A model generated the notes under the pieces. The model was not told the DNA's origin. It searched no databases and saw only the letters and a list, made by a program, of their open reading frames with translations. Below, piece after piece: positions 36,501 to 45,934 of a stretch of 64,000 nt of DNA (position 1 is the stretch's first letter; each line of letters opens with the position of its first letter). The stretch is from positions 9,573 to 73,572 of the forward strand of contig JBGTBW010000146.1 of NCBI GenBank assembly GCA_041749135.1, written 5' to 3'. This DNA comes from Verrucomicrobiales bacterium. GTDB lineage: Bacteria; Verrucomicrobiota; Verrucomicrobiia; Verrucomicrobiales; DEV007. The position numbers and the translations under genes are program-made.

Positions 36501-39089
36501 GAAACGACGGAACCAGGGGCTGGGTTCACCGATGAGTCCGCTTCCGTTCCGCCAGGCCCCTTGGCAGCCGTCACAAGCCAAGGGGATGTCCTGCCCAGGA
36601 CCGGGAAGACCATCGCCCAGGTCCTCGCGATGCCGGATGCGGAACGCCTGACATTCGTCCAGGAGTTCATGGCCGCGCGCTATCAGGACGGCTACACCAA
36701 GGGGATTCACGATTACGACGGCGCTCGCATCCTTCAGGCGCTGCTCAGCACACACGTTGCGTTGCAACTGGCGCGCTATCATCCAGCCGCCCGCGCTTGC
36801 GCCGTGGTTTACTGGCACAAGTTCTGTCCGGGGGAAACGCGGGCGCTCTGGCAGGCCAAACTCAAGGGATTCTCCGCCCGCAACAAAGTGTTTCCAGGCG
36901 ATGCCGTGCAACGCGGTTACATCGCCGCGCTGCAAGCGTTGCTCGCGGGATTCGCCGAACAAACTCAGCTCTTCCCACGCGAGGAAGCGGCGGCGGCGGG
37001 CGAATATTTGTTTTGGGAAATCATCAGCGGCGACGCCTTTGTCGTGAGCCTGGAAGCCGATCAGTTGGCCGGAGACTTGCACAAACATCTAGTCGCGAAG
37101 TCCGGCGACGATGAGTTCCGCGAAGCCATGGATTCTTTGAACGACCACCCGGCCAGTCAGTTCGAGCTGATTCGCGATTGGGTGCGCGGGTTCCTGCTCG
37201 AACGCGCTGGCGGCCTCATTCCATACATCGACGAGATTGCGGCCATTCTCTTCGTGGGCGACGATCTCCAACACGCGGTCGTGCGTTCCGGCACACAGCA
37301 GTCGCTCGACGCCATGAAGGGCGCGCACGCCGTCATCCGCGAGGGCAAGTATCCATTCGATTACCTGGCCTTCCGGCGGAAACTCGCGCGCTTCGAGGAG
37401 GAAATCGTGCCGCGCTTCGAGCGGTTCCATCAGCTCAAGCAGCATTTGCTGGATCGCGAGCGCAGCCATTTGCGCCTGCACCAATTCAAGGCCCGGGTGC
37501 TCACGTCGTTCGTCCGCAATCAGCTCATCGATCGAGTTTATCTGCCGCTCGTTGGCGATAATCTCGCGAAACAAATCGGCGCCGCGGGCAATGCCAAGCG
37601 CACGGACTTGATGGGCCTGCTGTTGCTCATCTCGCCGCCGGGCTACGGCAAGACGACGTTGATGGAATACATCGCGAACCGGCTCGGCATCATTTTTGTG
37701 AAGATCAACGGGCCAGCCCTCGGCCATGCCGTCAGGTCCCTCGACCCGCAAGAAGCGCCGAATGCCGCCGCGCGCGAGGAGGTTCAGAAACTGAATCTCG
37801 CCCTTGAGATGGGCGACAACGTGATGCTTTGCGTGGACGACATCCAGCACTGCCATCCGGAGTTTCTGCAAAAGTTCATTTCGCTTTGCGACGCACAGCG
37901 CAGGATCGAAGGCGTCTGGCGTGGGCAGCCGCGCACCTATGATCTGCGCGGCCGCAAAGTTGTCGTGGTGATGGCGGGCAATCCCTACACGGAGAGCGGA
38001 CAGAAATTCCAACTTCCCGACATGCTTGCGAACCGCGCGGACACTTACAATCTGGGCGACATCATCGGCGGCAGCGCGGAGTGGTTCAGAATGAGCTATC
38101 TCGAGAATGCCGTCACATCGAACGCCGTGTTGGCTCCGCTCGCCAACAAGAGCCAAAACGACGTGCGCACCTTCATTCGTCTAGCGGAAGGCGCGCGGGA
38201 TGACGCCGCCTTCGAGGGCAGTTGCTCGCAGCAGGAGGTGGAAGAGATTCTCGCAGTGATGAAGAAGCTGGTTGCCGTTCGGGAAGTGCTCCTGCGTGTG
38301 AATCAGGAATACATCCACTCGGCGGGCCAGGCGGACGAGTTCCGCACCGAGCCGCCGTTCCGTCTGCAAGGTTCCTACCGCAACATGAACCGGCTCACGG
38401 AAAAGATCGTGCCGATCATGAACGACTCTGAAGTGCAGGGGCTCATCCTCGACCATTATCAGAACGAGGCGCAAACGCTCACGACGGGCGCCGAGGCGAA
38501 TCTGCTGAAGCTGAAGGAATTGCTTTCCATTCAATCGCCCGAAGAGAAGGCGCGCTGGGAGGAGATCAAACGCACTTTCCAACGCAATCAACTCACGCGC
38601 GGCGGCGATCAGTCGGACCCGATGGGCCGCGTCGTCACGCAACTCTCGGTATTTCAACAGGGTCTTGAAGGCATTCAGAACGCGCTCGAGAAGCAGTCAA
38701 TCAAAGCGCCGGCGCCCGTAGTCGTTGACGTGGCTCCGCTCGGACGCAGCTTCGACGCCTTGCGGACGGCGATCGAAGAGAACGTAGCGACCGCCGGCAA
38801 CAGCAGCTCGGTGGAAATGCGCAACCTCATGCACGAGATGGAGATGTTGCACAGCACGCTGGCGACATTGAAGGATCTTGCGGCCCAGCAACGCGACCAT
38901 TTGCGCTCGGCCCAGGATCTTTTGCAAACGCGTGCAGAGCAGGGCGTTGTGGAAATCCAGCTTACCCAGGAGATGCTGACAAACGAGCGGGCTTTCCTGG
39001 AGAAATTCCACGAAGTTCTCGCTTCGGCGGGGCGAGGGACCGAGCAAGAGTCTCTGCAAGCAAACGATCAAGACAAGGGCAACCTTTAG
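33594..39089 (+). CDS. Giant (1,831 aa) cytoplasmic protein. Unknown N-terminal ~480-aa domain, ~700-aa coiled-coil region, and a C-terminal AAA_5 (MoxR/dynein/midasin-type) ATPase module. Flotillin-associated.
   Basis: No signal peptide or TM segment. Walker A LLLISPPGYGKTTL (nt ~37630-37665), Walker B NVMLCVDDIQH, sensor-1-like KVVVVMAGNPYTESG...LPDMLANRAD (the ATMNP pattern typical of AAA_5). Long heptad-rich central region. Starts 19 nt after the flotillin stop. Confidence 0.75.
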   Translation: MPDTPQPNQPPPASTGEVGQPVAASVTSSLGSATYEIIRQRLHAQGEHLRDRTAQLNARRQEVFGAIDFKLLQSDRVITAHNCIPQDIVQLGSGRFLFGFNVQFGLKKEIDLGDVFAIYNRDEAAGTFKEGSLEVLEQKDFITDFKRLYNVYERAYFSKFSLLEGNLYMLFQVGAAVTDIAVFKFAFHGGHLRYLDGRAESEFRKLGFPPQYEFRWLTPDRESFRYGDHPHISIEDRLFVECVGGDLTIKVEDNTMTGEGVFAEPVEDKFQKVDDAEIRYALIGHLILLRIRPYKEQAARYFIFNERTQTAVRVDSIGQSCALLPEDHGLVFPDGYYLSTGDLKQFESKERDMILERVIHAPTGEDTLYVFYNRATGHYVLMPYRLIAQKIEERITCNGFSLFANGLLIVLRADDQPQKHHMLQLRQTPFHQPGHEPPGQRDAFLYQVGNKDVVRCLAECNEVLTLVGKADPYPELYADLVKRAGSILDNYSWLNTPECFQIDAALRHLREVADKAVDEFDKVRRLQHEAVERVADMRQRAEERFGILRRASFKTLNDFVQNLAALRQFRGELISLKEVRYVNLAQIEESESTVTQQTEELSKACVQFLLQPAALEPYRKQAGENLAAVDTVTKAADGKKIEKAVSDAGAELEMLIEIVNSLQIEDATETTRIIDGVTAIYSTLNQVKAALRKKLQSLAASEGAAQFSAQMKLLSQSTASYLDLCDSPAKCDAYLNRLTVQIEELEGAFADFEEYTVQLAEKRTSVYETFEQRKMALLEQRNRKSSALMTAAERILKVIQSRLAGSKSVEEINTYLASDLMIAKVREIIEQLMALEDSVKADDLQGRLKSLQQESLRQLKDRLELFVDGQQVIQLGKHQFNINTQPLDLTVVIRDGVQHLHLTSTKFFEPIQDEAFLATRDVWDQEIVSENAEVYRGEYLAYRVLQLLEAGAGATPAPLGKLPSATGGSETTEPGAGFTDESASVPPGPLAAVTSQGDVLPRTGKTIAQVLAMPDAERLTFVQEFMAARYQDGYTKGIHDYDGARILQALLSTHVALQLARYHPAARACAVVYWHKFCPGETRALWQAKLKGFSARNKVFPGDAVQRGYIAALQALLAGFAEQTQLFPREEAAAAGEYLFWEIISGDAFVVSLEADQLAGDLHKHLVAKSGDDEFREAMDSLNDHPASQFELIRDWVRGFLLERAGGLIPYIDEIAAILFVGDDLQHAVVRSGTQQSLDAMKGAHAVIREGKYPFDYLAFRRKLARFEEEIVPRFERFHQLKQHLLDRERSHLRLHQFKARVLTSFVRNQLIDRVYLPLVGDNLAKQIGAAGNAKRTDLMGLLLLISPPGYGKTTLMEYIANRLGIIFVKINGPALGHAVRSLDPQEAPNAAAREEVQKLNLALEMGDNVMLCVDDIQHCHPEFLQKFISLCDAQRRIEGVWRGQPRTYDLRGRKVVVVMAGNPYTESGQKFQLPDMLANRADTYNLGDIIGGSAEWFRMSYLENAVTSNAVLAPLANKSQNDVRTFIRLAEGARDDAAFEGSCSQQEVEEILAVMKKLVAVREVLLRVNQEYIHSAGQADEFRTEPPFRLQGSYRNMNRLTEKIVPIMNDSEVQGLILDHYQNEAQTLTTGAEANLLKLKELLSIQSPEEKARWEEIKRTFQRNQLTRGGDQSDPMGRVVTQLSVFQQGLEGIQNALEKQSIKAPAPVVVDVAPLGRSFDALRTAIEENVATAGNSSSVEMRNLMHEMEMLHSTLATLKDLAAQQRDHLRSAQDLLQTRAEQGVVEIQLTQEMLTNERAFLEKFHEVLASAGRGTEQESLQANDQDKGNL

Positions 39090-39097
39090 GGCCGCGT

Positions 39098-39889
39098 ATG
39101 AAACGATTGATACACAGAGTGCAGGACGTGCGTCAGAAGGCGGGGCAGATCGCCTCGGCCCTCGAACAGGCGCCGGCGAAGGCAGCGGAATTGCGCGAAC
39201 GGGTGCTGGCCACCGCCGGGCACATGCACCAGATGCAGCGCACGGTGCAGGACGCCGCAACGGGATTGGCGGCGCCCCACGAAGACATGCTTATCGCTGC
39301 GTTGCACGAGATCGACGGCGACGCGGAGACGTTTCGCGCCGCGGGCTATGAGCTTGAAGACGTCGAGATGGAACTCGCCGCGCCACAGAGATTGATCATT
39401 CATCTCGAAAAGGTTGGCGACGTTCTGGCTTCCACGATGCGCTCGCTGGCAGCCGCCAAGGCCCATCACCCCACCACGCACGGCATCCTGAGCGCGCTCC
39501 TCAAAGCGGACGACATGTCCGAGAAGGTGGCGCTTCAGAATCTGCGCTATCATCAATTGACCGTTTATATGGGACCGGCGCCGACGGTTCGGCTGTGCTG
39601 GCAGGCGTCCTCCATTGCAGCGCCGCCTCCTCTGCCGGCCGGCAGTCCTGCCGTCGCCGCGGCGCCGGGCAGTTCTGCCTTCACCTCGCTGCTCGGCCAA
39701 AGCTCTTTCTTCGAAGCGCGTCCCGGGCAGGCTTCGCCCCCAGCAGGGGACCCCGTTTCTCCTGACGTTCCGGCGCCCGAATCGGCGCCTGAGACCGCAT
39801 CGACCCCAGCGCCGCCGGCCGATCCGCCGGCCAAAGAAGATCCGCTGGCGCGCTTTAAGAAAATGCCAGACCTCTCGCGGCGCCGTTGA
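39098..39889 (+). CDS. Hypothetical protein with a coiled-coil N-terminal half and a Pro/Ala-rich C-terminal half. Third gene of the flotillin locus.
   Basis: Starts 8 nt after the giant ATPase stop. LRERVLATAGHMHQMQRTVQDAA... is helical. C-terminus PPPLPAGSPAVAAAPGSSAF...PAPPADPPAKEDPLARFKKMPDLSRRR. Confidence 0.5.
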   Translation: MKRLIHRVQDVRQKAGQIASALEQAPAKAAELRERVLATAGHMHQMQRTVQDAATGLAAPHEDMLIAALHEIDGDAETFRAAGYELEDVEMELAAPQRLIIHLEKVGDVLASTMRSLAAAKAHHPTTHGILSALLKADDMSEKVALQNLRYHQLTVYMGPAPTVRLCWQASSIAAPPPLPAGSPAVAAAPGSSAFTSLLGQSSFFEARPGQASPPAGDPVSPDVPAPESAPETASTPAPPADPPAKEDPLARFKKMPDLSRRR

Positions 39890-40114
39890 CAATCGACCAG
39901 GAAAGGGTCACAAGCATCATTGCCGTCATGCATTCCTTTTCTGAATATGGCGGCGTGTGTTGGCCAGCACCCGGAGTTGCGATGCAGGAACAACCTCGGT
40001 AAAGTGCGGGCCGTGAGTATCGCCGACTGGCGTCCGCGAAACGGGACCTGGACGAAGGATATGCCTTTTACGAATCGCAGGAAGAGGGGCTGGGTGATTA
40101 CTTGCGGCGAAAAC

Positions 40115-40591
40115 ATGATCGTTGTCGCAGATAGAAGTCATACTCGAGCCTGGCTACGACTTCGCCGGCAAGTGTATTCCTCGCTTGGAGATGATTTTCA
40201 TGATCAGGAAATTGAGACTTGGTTGACTGATTCGACCAAATGTTGCTGGATCGCGTTTGAAGAAGGTGAAGCCGTCGGCTTTCTCGAGGCATCGCTGCGA
40301 AACATTGTCGATGGCTGCCTTTCCTCTCCGGTTGGCTACATCGAAGGGATCGCCGTTCTTCCGCCATGGCGCGGCAAGGGGATCGCCCGAACTATGATGT
40401 TGGCCGCAGAGGAATGGATGTGCCGGCAAGGCTGCTCGGAGGTCGCAACCGACGCAGAAATCGAGAATCGGGAGGCCATCACATTTCACAAGAACATGGG
40501 ATTTGAAGAAACATACCGCATCGTGGAGTTCCGCAAAAACCTGCCGGCCGAACAAGACGCTCGCCCTGGCCAGGGTTGGGTGAGCTCGTAG
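40115..40591 (+). CDS. GNAT-family N-acetyltransferase
   Basis: Acetyl-CoA binding motif A IAVLPPWRGKGIARTMMLAAEEW (Q/RxxGxG/A), then ...FHKNMGFEE. Start chosen at the internal Met (MIVVADRS) of a longer ORF. Confidence 0.65.
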   Translation: MIVVADRSHTRAWLRLRRQVYSSLGDDFHDQEIETWLTDSTKCCWIAFEEGEAVGFLEASLRNIVDGCLSSPVGYIEGIAVLPPWRGKGIARTMMLAAEEWMCRQGCSEVATDAEIENREAITFHKNMGFEETYRIVEFRKNLPAEQDARPGQGWVSS

Positions 40592-41459
40592 ATGGGTCTG
40601 CAATGTTGTCGCGACGAGTGAAACCATCCGGGGAACGATTCTCGGCGGCGGCTCCGCCGCCGGACTGGGAACCAGACAGACCCGAGAGCCAAGGTCCCTG
40701 ACGGGGAGGGCCGGCCTGTCCCCGGTACGAGAGGCGGCGCGGCGCCTGCCCGCGCCGTCGCCCCAGGAGCCGCCCCGGGACACCCGGCCGGGGCCGTCCT
40801 GGGGCCCAACCGAATCCACACGATGCCGTGCACCCCTCCCAACTTCCGCCCCCCACTGTGGATTCCTCCACAGGAACTTTCGTCCGGCGAGTCTTCCGGG
40901 GGGATGGAACCCGATCCCGTCCAGGATGGGAAAATGAAGAGCTTTTTTCAGGGGCATCACCCAGATGGCGATGCGGCTTCAAAGCCGAACTCTGTGCCGG
41001 AAAAGCGTCCGTCCCCTTCCCGGCGGCCCTCGGCGGCCCGTGGGAAACCAGTTGCCGATCCTAATCTTCACGATATTTTAAGAAGATCCGGGTTTCTAGA
41101 AATCCGGATCCGGTGACTGGTCTGGCTGCGCACGTTTCGTTTTGCATCCGGCCTTCCCCAGGGAGTTCCTTCACGGTGCTCCGTGTCGGCGCCCACAATT
41201 TCCGCGGGTAGAATACCCATGAATCGAACAGAACAGCACATCGGAACTTCTGCCGGCAGCGGCAGAGCTCAGGATGGTTGCGCTCCCTTGCTGGGAGCTT
41301 GGCTGAGGTGGTTCCACACTGTTCTTCTCGACACGGCTCCCTGGAAAAGTCGCCCGCTATGGCTCTGCCGGATCCGCCAGGTTCTCGAGGAACCTGGTGT
41401 AAGTCGCTTGCGACCTGATCTCCGGCGCGGGCCGAAACCTCAACCCAATTCATCATCCC

Positions 41460-42089
41460 ATGTCCTCTTCAAACCAAGGCGCCCCCACGGCCCGCCCCAG
41501 GCAAGGACGGCCTCCGCGCCGCCGCAATGGCCAGGACGGCCGGCGCCGTCAGTACACCCGCATGCCGCGGCCGGAGCCATTCAAGCCCAATGCCTGGCAG
41601 CGCTTCCTGGCCATCGTTTCCTTTGGCCTCTACAAACCGGCTCCCACCGCTCCGACCGCCCGGCCTCCACGTAGGCCGGAGGGAACTTCGCGCCCGGTGG
41701 CCTCGGCCCCCGATCAGAACGACTCCTGGCGCGGAGCGGGTTCCGGGACGCGTTCCCGGGAGCCCCGCTCAACGCCTTCCAAACCCCAGGTTTTCTCCGC
41801 CACCTCTGAGCGGATTTACGTGGGGAACCTCTCCTACGACGCTACTGAGTCCGATCTTTTCGAGCTTTTCAGCGGGGTTGGGACGGTGAAAAACGCGGAA
41901 GTGGTTTGCAATCGCCGGACTCAACGCTCGAAAGGCTACGCCTTTGTGGAAATGCAGAGTTTGGACGAGGCCAAACGCGCTGTGACCGAGTTGCACGACA
42001 AGGACTACATGGGCCGCAAACTCGTGGTGTCCGGAGCCAAAGCCCGCACCGGGCTGGAAAGCGAAGACGACGCCCCACCGGCGGCTTGA
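41460..42089 (+). CDS. RRM-type RNA-binding protein with a ~110-aa Arg/Pro-rich disordered N-terminal extension
   Basis: RNP-2 RIYVGNLSY and RNP-1 KGYAFVEM in canonical spacing. Confidence 0.7.
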   Translation: MSSSNQGAPTARPRQGRPPRRRNGQDGRRRQYTRMPRPEPFKPNAWQRFLAIVSFGLYKPAPTAPTARPPRRPEGTSRPVASAPDQNDSWRGAGSGTRSREPRSTPSKPQVFSATSERIYVGNLSYDATESDLFELFSGVGTVKNAEVVCNRRTQRSKGYAFVEMQSLDEAKRAVTELHDKDYMGRKLVVSGAKARTGLESEDDAPPAA

Positions 42090-42474
42090 AGCCGTTCAGC
42101 GGCCTGAAAACTTCATTCTGCGAACGCCCCGGGATCCGCTCCTTTGCCGGTCCCGGGGCGTTCTCTTTTCCCGGATCCATCCCCGCCCGGCCTTTTGCCT
42201 GAATTTGCCTATTTCCGGGCAAAAAAGTTGTTGCAAAGCGGCGCAGATCGGCAATCCTTAGACCCGTTCGGAGCCAACGTGTCTTTTCATTCCATCCATT
42301 CTGCTCCGCTGCACCCGTCCTTCCGTGGTTTCACTGGATATTCAGGGCGTGTCCAACGTTCAAGTTGATGCTGTAAATTCACTTGCTCACGATCCCCGGT
42401 TCGTGCCACGCCAGTCCGGCATGTCCGCCCCTGCAGTGGCGAACCACTTCCGCTAAACTCCACACTATTCATTC

Positions 42475-42885
42475 ATGGACATCTTTGTCGGCAACTTCCC
42501 GTTCGAAACAACGGACGAGCAACTCTCCGAGGTCTTCACGGCCCACGGAGCTGTAGATCAAGTCAAAATCATTTACGATCGCGAGACCGGCCGCTCGCGG
42601 GGCTTCGCTTTTGTGAGCATGTCCGATCCGCAGCAGGCCCAGGACGCCATCCGCGCCCTCGATGGAGCAGATTTCGGTGGCCGTCCCCTCCGCGTCAATG
42701 AAGCGCGGAAACGCGAGGAACGTCCGCCGCGCCAAGATTTCCGTGAGCCCCGCCGCGGTGGCGGCGGCCGTGGCGAGAGCCGTGGATACGACGACGGTGG
42801 AGGCGGAGGCGGAGGCGGAGACTTCGGAGGTTACCGCGAACGCCGCGGCGGCGGCGGCGGTCATCGCGACCGAAGGTCTCGTTGA
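42475..42885 (+). CDS. RRM-type RNA-binding protein with a Gly/Arg-rich C-terminal tail
   Basis: RNP-2 DIFVGNFPF and RNP-1 RGFAFVSM. C-terminal RGGGGRGESRGYDDGGGGGGGG. Confidence 0.85.
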   Translation: MDIFVGNFPFETTDEQLSEVFTAHGAVDQVKIIYDRETGRSRGFAFVSMSDPQQAQDAIRALDGADFGGRPLRVNEARKREERPPRQDFREPRRGGGGRGESRGYDDGGGGGGGGDFGGYRERRGGGGGHRDRRSR

Positions 42886-42948
42886 CGCCCCCCCGAGAGG
42901 CCGGGCCGGGATTGTAGGCCAGGCTATCCAACCCAATGGGCGAGCCCT

Positions 42949-43497
42949 TCAATCGGTGCCCAGCGGCGGATGTTTGGCCAGGACCGGCCAAAGTCTCTTC
43001 GGCATTTCTTTCAAGTCGCTGGATCCGGTGATCCGGTAGTGGACCCATCCCGTCGTCACTTCCACCACCTCCCGGCGATGCAAAACGTCGCCCGGTTGGG
43101 GATCGGTCAACGAAGAATGGCCGGCCGGAGGCTGCCGCCGTCGTGCCGGACCCGCCTTCTGGGCCGGCGGTAAGGCCTCTCCTTTCCTCTTCGGACTCGG
43201 CTTTGCCGGTTCCGGAGCCCCGATAGGTGCAGCCGTCCCAGTCGCTATCTTTTGCCGCTTCTTCTCAGTTGTGCGGGACTCGGATCCCCCCGCGCCGCCC
43301 GAAGGCGCCGCTTCCGCACGCGCAGACCTTTTCTTAAGAGCCTCCTTCCCCCCGCCCGAAATCCGCTTTCCCTTGGACCCCTCCCGTGGGGCCTGGCCTG
43401 AATTACTCGAATCGCTTGCCTTTTTCCGGCCCACGCCCTTCCCGGCAGCGCCCCTCTCATCCGCTTTCGCGGACTTGGACTTTTCGGCCTTAGCCAT
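42949..43497 (-). CDS. Lys/Ala/Gly-rich basic protein, possibly a histone-H1-like nucleoid-associated protein
   Basis: MAKAEKSKSAKADERGAAGKGVGRKKAS... is compositionally like PVC/Chlamydia Hc1-type proteins. Composition only; strand and coding status are uncertain in this GC-rich region. Confidence 0.3.
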   Translation of the reverse strand: MAKAEKSKSAKADERGAAGKGVGRKKASDSSNSGQAPREGSKGKRISGGGKEALKKRSARAEAAPSGGAGGSESRTTEKKRQKIATGTAAPIGAPEPAKPSPKRKGEALPPAQKAGPARRRQPPAGHSSLTDPQPGDVLHRREVVEVTTGWVHYRITGSSDLKEMPKRLWPVLAKHPPLGTD

Positions 43498-43773
43498 TCT
43501 TTACTCCACTCGCGAGGATCTCGAAACCATCCTTTCCGGGCGTTTCCCGGAATCTACCCGCTTCTCGCGCGATACACCGGGCCCCAGGTCCAAGGCGCAT
43601 TCCGAGGGTCGAAACCCGGAGCATCCAGCGTCTTTTCTGCCCTGTGCGGAGCCCTCCGCGCAATGTTTTTCTCGATCCAAATTCAGGTTTCCCCAGGCAA
43701 AATCCGCCTTGGAAAAACCGGAGCGCGTTCGACCGCCTGTGCTCCCCTGTGTCACCGCTCGCCTGAGGAAATC

Positions 43774-44184
43774 TCAACGTCCGGGCATCGAGTGCCGGTT
43801 GTTCTGAAACCAGGCCGAACCGTCCCGCCGGGGAGCGGCTCCACCAAAGAGGGAACTCCGTCGCGGTTCCTGTCCGCCAACCCCTGCGCCGTTCTCCGAA
43901 CCGGAGGCTGCCGCTGCCGCCGGAGGGGATCCAGCCGCCGCGCTGCCCGCAACCGCCGGTCCTGCTCCCCTCGGATCCGCTGCCGGTGTCGCCGCCGAAC
44001 CCGCCGGCCGCCGTCCCAGCAAAGACCCCTCACCCGAGGATCGAATCAACGCGCCGCCCGATCCGCCTCCGGACCCCGCGCCAACCGACCCGCTCTTGGT
44101 GTGATAGCGCCCCTGAGGCGATGAACAAGAGCTGGACGCCACGACAGCCAAAGAAAGGACGATGAGAGATGAAATGAGACGCAT
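43774..44184 (-). CDS. Small Gly/Ala-rich putative lipoprotein
   Basis: MRLISSLIVLSLAVVASSSCSS has a signal peptide with a Cys (lipobox-like), followed by low-complexity sequence. Confidence 0.3.
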   Translation of the reverse strand: MRLISSLIVLSLAVVASSSCSSPQGRYHTKSGSVGAGSGGGSGGALIRSSGEGSLLGRRPAGSAATPAADPRGAGPAVAGSAAAGSPPAAAAASGSENGAGVGGQEPRRSSLFGGAAPRRDGSAWFQNNRHSMPGR

Positions 44185-44376
44185 GGAGAGAGTTATCGGT
44201 TTGGATCCTTCGAATCGCGCGATCGTGATCCTTCCCGCGCAGAAAATCAATCTGCGAAACGGCATCCCCGCGATGCTTTTCTTATAGTTCTCGCCCGGCT
44301 CGCGAGTCTCGCCCATCACCGTTGCTTTTCCCGGTCCGGACCTCTCCCAATCCGCCCGCGCTCGCCGCTTCCTCGC

Positions 44377-45813
44377 TCACCGGGATTCCTCGACCGCTTT
44401 CCCAGCGGCAGCCAGGTCGGGATCGTCCAGATCGAGCCGGTAGAGCATCTGATTGTAGTTATATCGCGGTGTAATCTGCGGGCGATCGGCGAATTCCGCC
44501 GTGTAGGTGCCTTCGAACAGCAAAATGGGAGAATCTTCCGGCGTAAACTCAGGATGGAGCCGCGGATTGTAAAACGTGTAGTTCTCGTGGGTTACAACCT
44601 TCACCGCCGGTCCCCATGGTCCCTCCGGCGCGTCCGCCTCCGCATACCACAGTTCACCGAAAGCCGATGGCTTGCCAAAGGCCTCCATGAACACGGTCAC
44701 CCAACGCTTTCGCCAGGAGTTCCAAGCCGCCGAACCACTGTGCGGCTTCACCGGGGAGGCGTCCGCCGCCGAAGCCACCGATTCCTGTGGTTTCAACACT
44801 TCCCATGTCGTCGAATCGTTCCATCCCTCGAAGGTCGCCGGACAACGCAGGGTGGGCAACGGGTTGCCGAACAGCACCCATTCCTTCCCTTCGCCATCCG
44901 TCCAGAACATGGGGTGGCCGTCCGGTACCGGCGGACGTTCCGGCTGCTCCTCGCTCTTGGTCCACAGCACCCGGTGCTGATCAAAGCGCTCCGTCTCGTC
45001 GTTCCACACGCAGAGCCCGCACTCGTAGGCTTCCAGATAGTTGCGAATCTTCACATAGGTTCCCACCAGCCGCGACTCTCCTTCTACACTGGGGAGACTC
45101 ACATAGCCGCCGATCCAAGTGGGACCGCTCCCCGGCATCTCGGCCACACCTCGCGGACGGCCTTCCCCGTCCCGGAAATAGTCGAACCGCAAGCGCAGCG
45201 GCGGCTCAAACCGCTCTAATGGCCGAATCGAAGTCGTCGCGCTGCTCATGTGAAAAATGCCTAACGGATAGCGGGCCACCGTCGTATCTCCCCAAGCCCA
45301 AAACATCTTGCCCCGATGCACGGCGTTCTGAATGCTGTCACAGCCCAGCACCTCGGACTCGGGCCAGTCCACCTTCTCGCCGAGTCGCTCGCTCTCCGCG
45401 AAAAGCCCGCCGCCAGTCAGCCGCCCCAGCCGCTTGGCCGGAAGCTGACGTTCCACCTCGACCCGCAGCGTTTTCCCAGGCTCCGGCGCCAATCTTACTC
45501 CCCGGTAGCCAAATCCGTCTGCACGCACCTCATAGCCGTGGCCCGTCACGAAAAACCAGCTCTCTTGACCGTAAAGCTCAGGCGCGTCAAGCGCGATGAC
45601 CCCGGCGTTGTCGCTCACCCATCGCAGATTGTGGGTGGATCGCAGTTCCACCAGCGGAACCGGCCAGCCGCTGCCCTTTTCCACAACTTCGACGCGGCAC
45701 AACGGCCGGACTTCCGCCGCCCGCGCCGTCCCCGTCCTGCCGTAGGTCATCCCGCCAATCAGACCCGCCGCGGCCCATAAAAAAATGCAACGCCCATGAA
45801 CCATGACCCCCAC
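44377..45813 (-). CDS. Hypothetical secreted protein (478 aa)
   Basis: Long ORF with an N-terminal hydrophobic segment (CIFLWAAAGLIGGMTYG). Non-repetitive, Trp/Tyr-rich globular sequence. Confidence 0.5.
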   Translation of the reverse strand: MGVMVHGRCIFLWAAAGLIGGMTYGRTGTARAAEVRPLCRVEVVEKGSGWPVPLVELRSTHNLRWVSDNAGVIALDAPELYGQESWFFVTGHGYEVRADGFGYRGVRLAPEPGKTLRVEVERQLPAKRLGRLTGGGLFAESERLGEKVDWPESEVLGCDSIQNAVHRGKMFWAWGDTTVARYPLGIFHMSSATTSIRPLERFEPPLRLRFDYFRDGEGRPRGVAEMPGSGPTWIGGYVSLPSVEGESRLVGTYVKIRNYLEAYECGLCVWNDETERFDQHRVLWTKSEEQPERPPVPDGHPMFWTDGEGKEWVLFGNPLPTLRCPATFEGWNDSTTWEVLKPQESVASAADASPVKPHSGSAAWNSWRKRWVTVFMEAFGKPSAFGELWYAEADAPEGPWGPAVKVVTHENYTFYNPRLHPEFTPEDSPILLFEGTYTAEFADRPQITPRYNYNQMLYRLDLDDPDLAAAGKAVEESR

Positions 45814-45934
45814 TCAAGCGGCAATCCGTCCGCCTGGCAAAAGGGATTCAAGCCATCGATTCTCTTCCCCTTCGGCATAATCGGAAATCTGTGGCAGAAT
45901 TATCCCCTCCGCCTGCATCCACCCCATTCTCCCC

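Noticed and set aside
40600-41450. Several 80-270-aa ORFs (40154-40960 minus, 40479-40982 minus, 40823-41116 plus)
   Set aside because: No motifs and Arg/Pro/Gly-biased composition. The region is more plausibly the long 5' leader of the downstream RRM gene.
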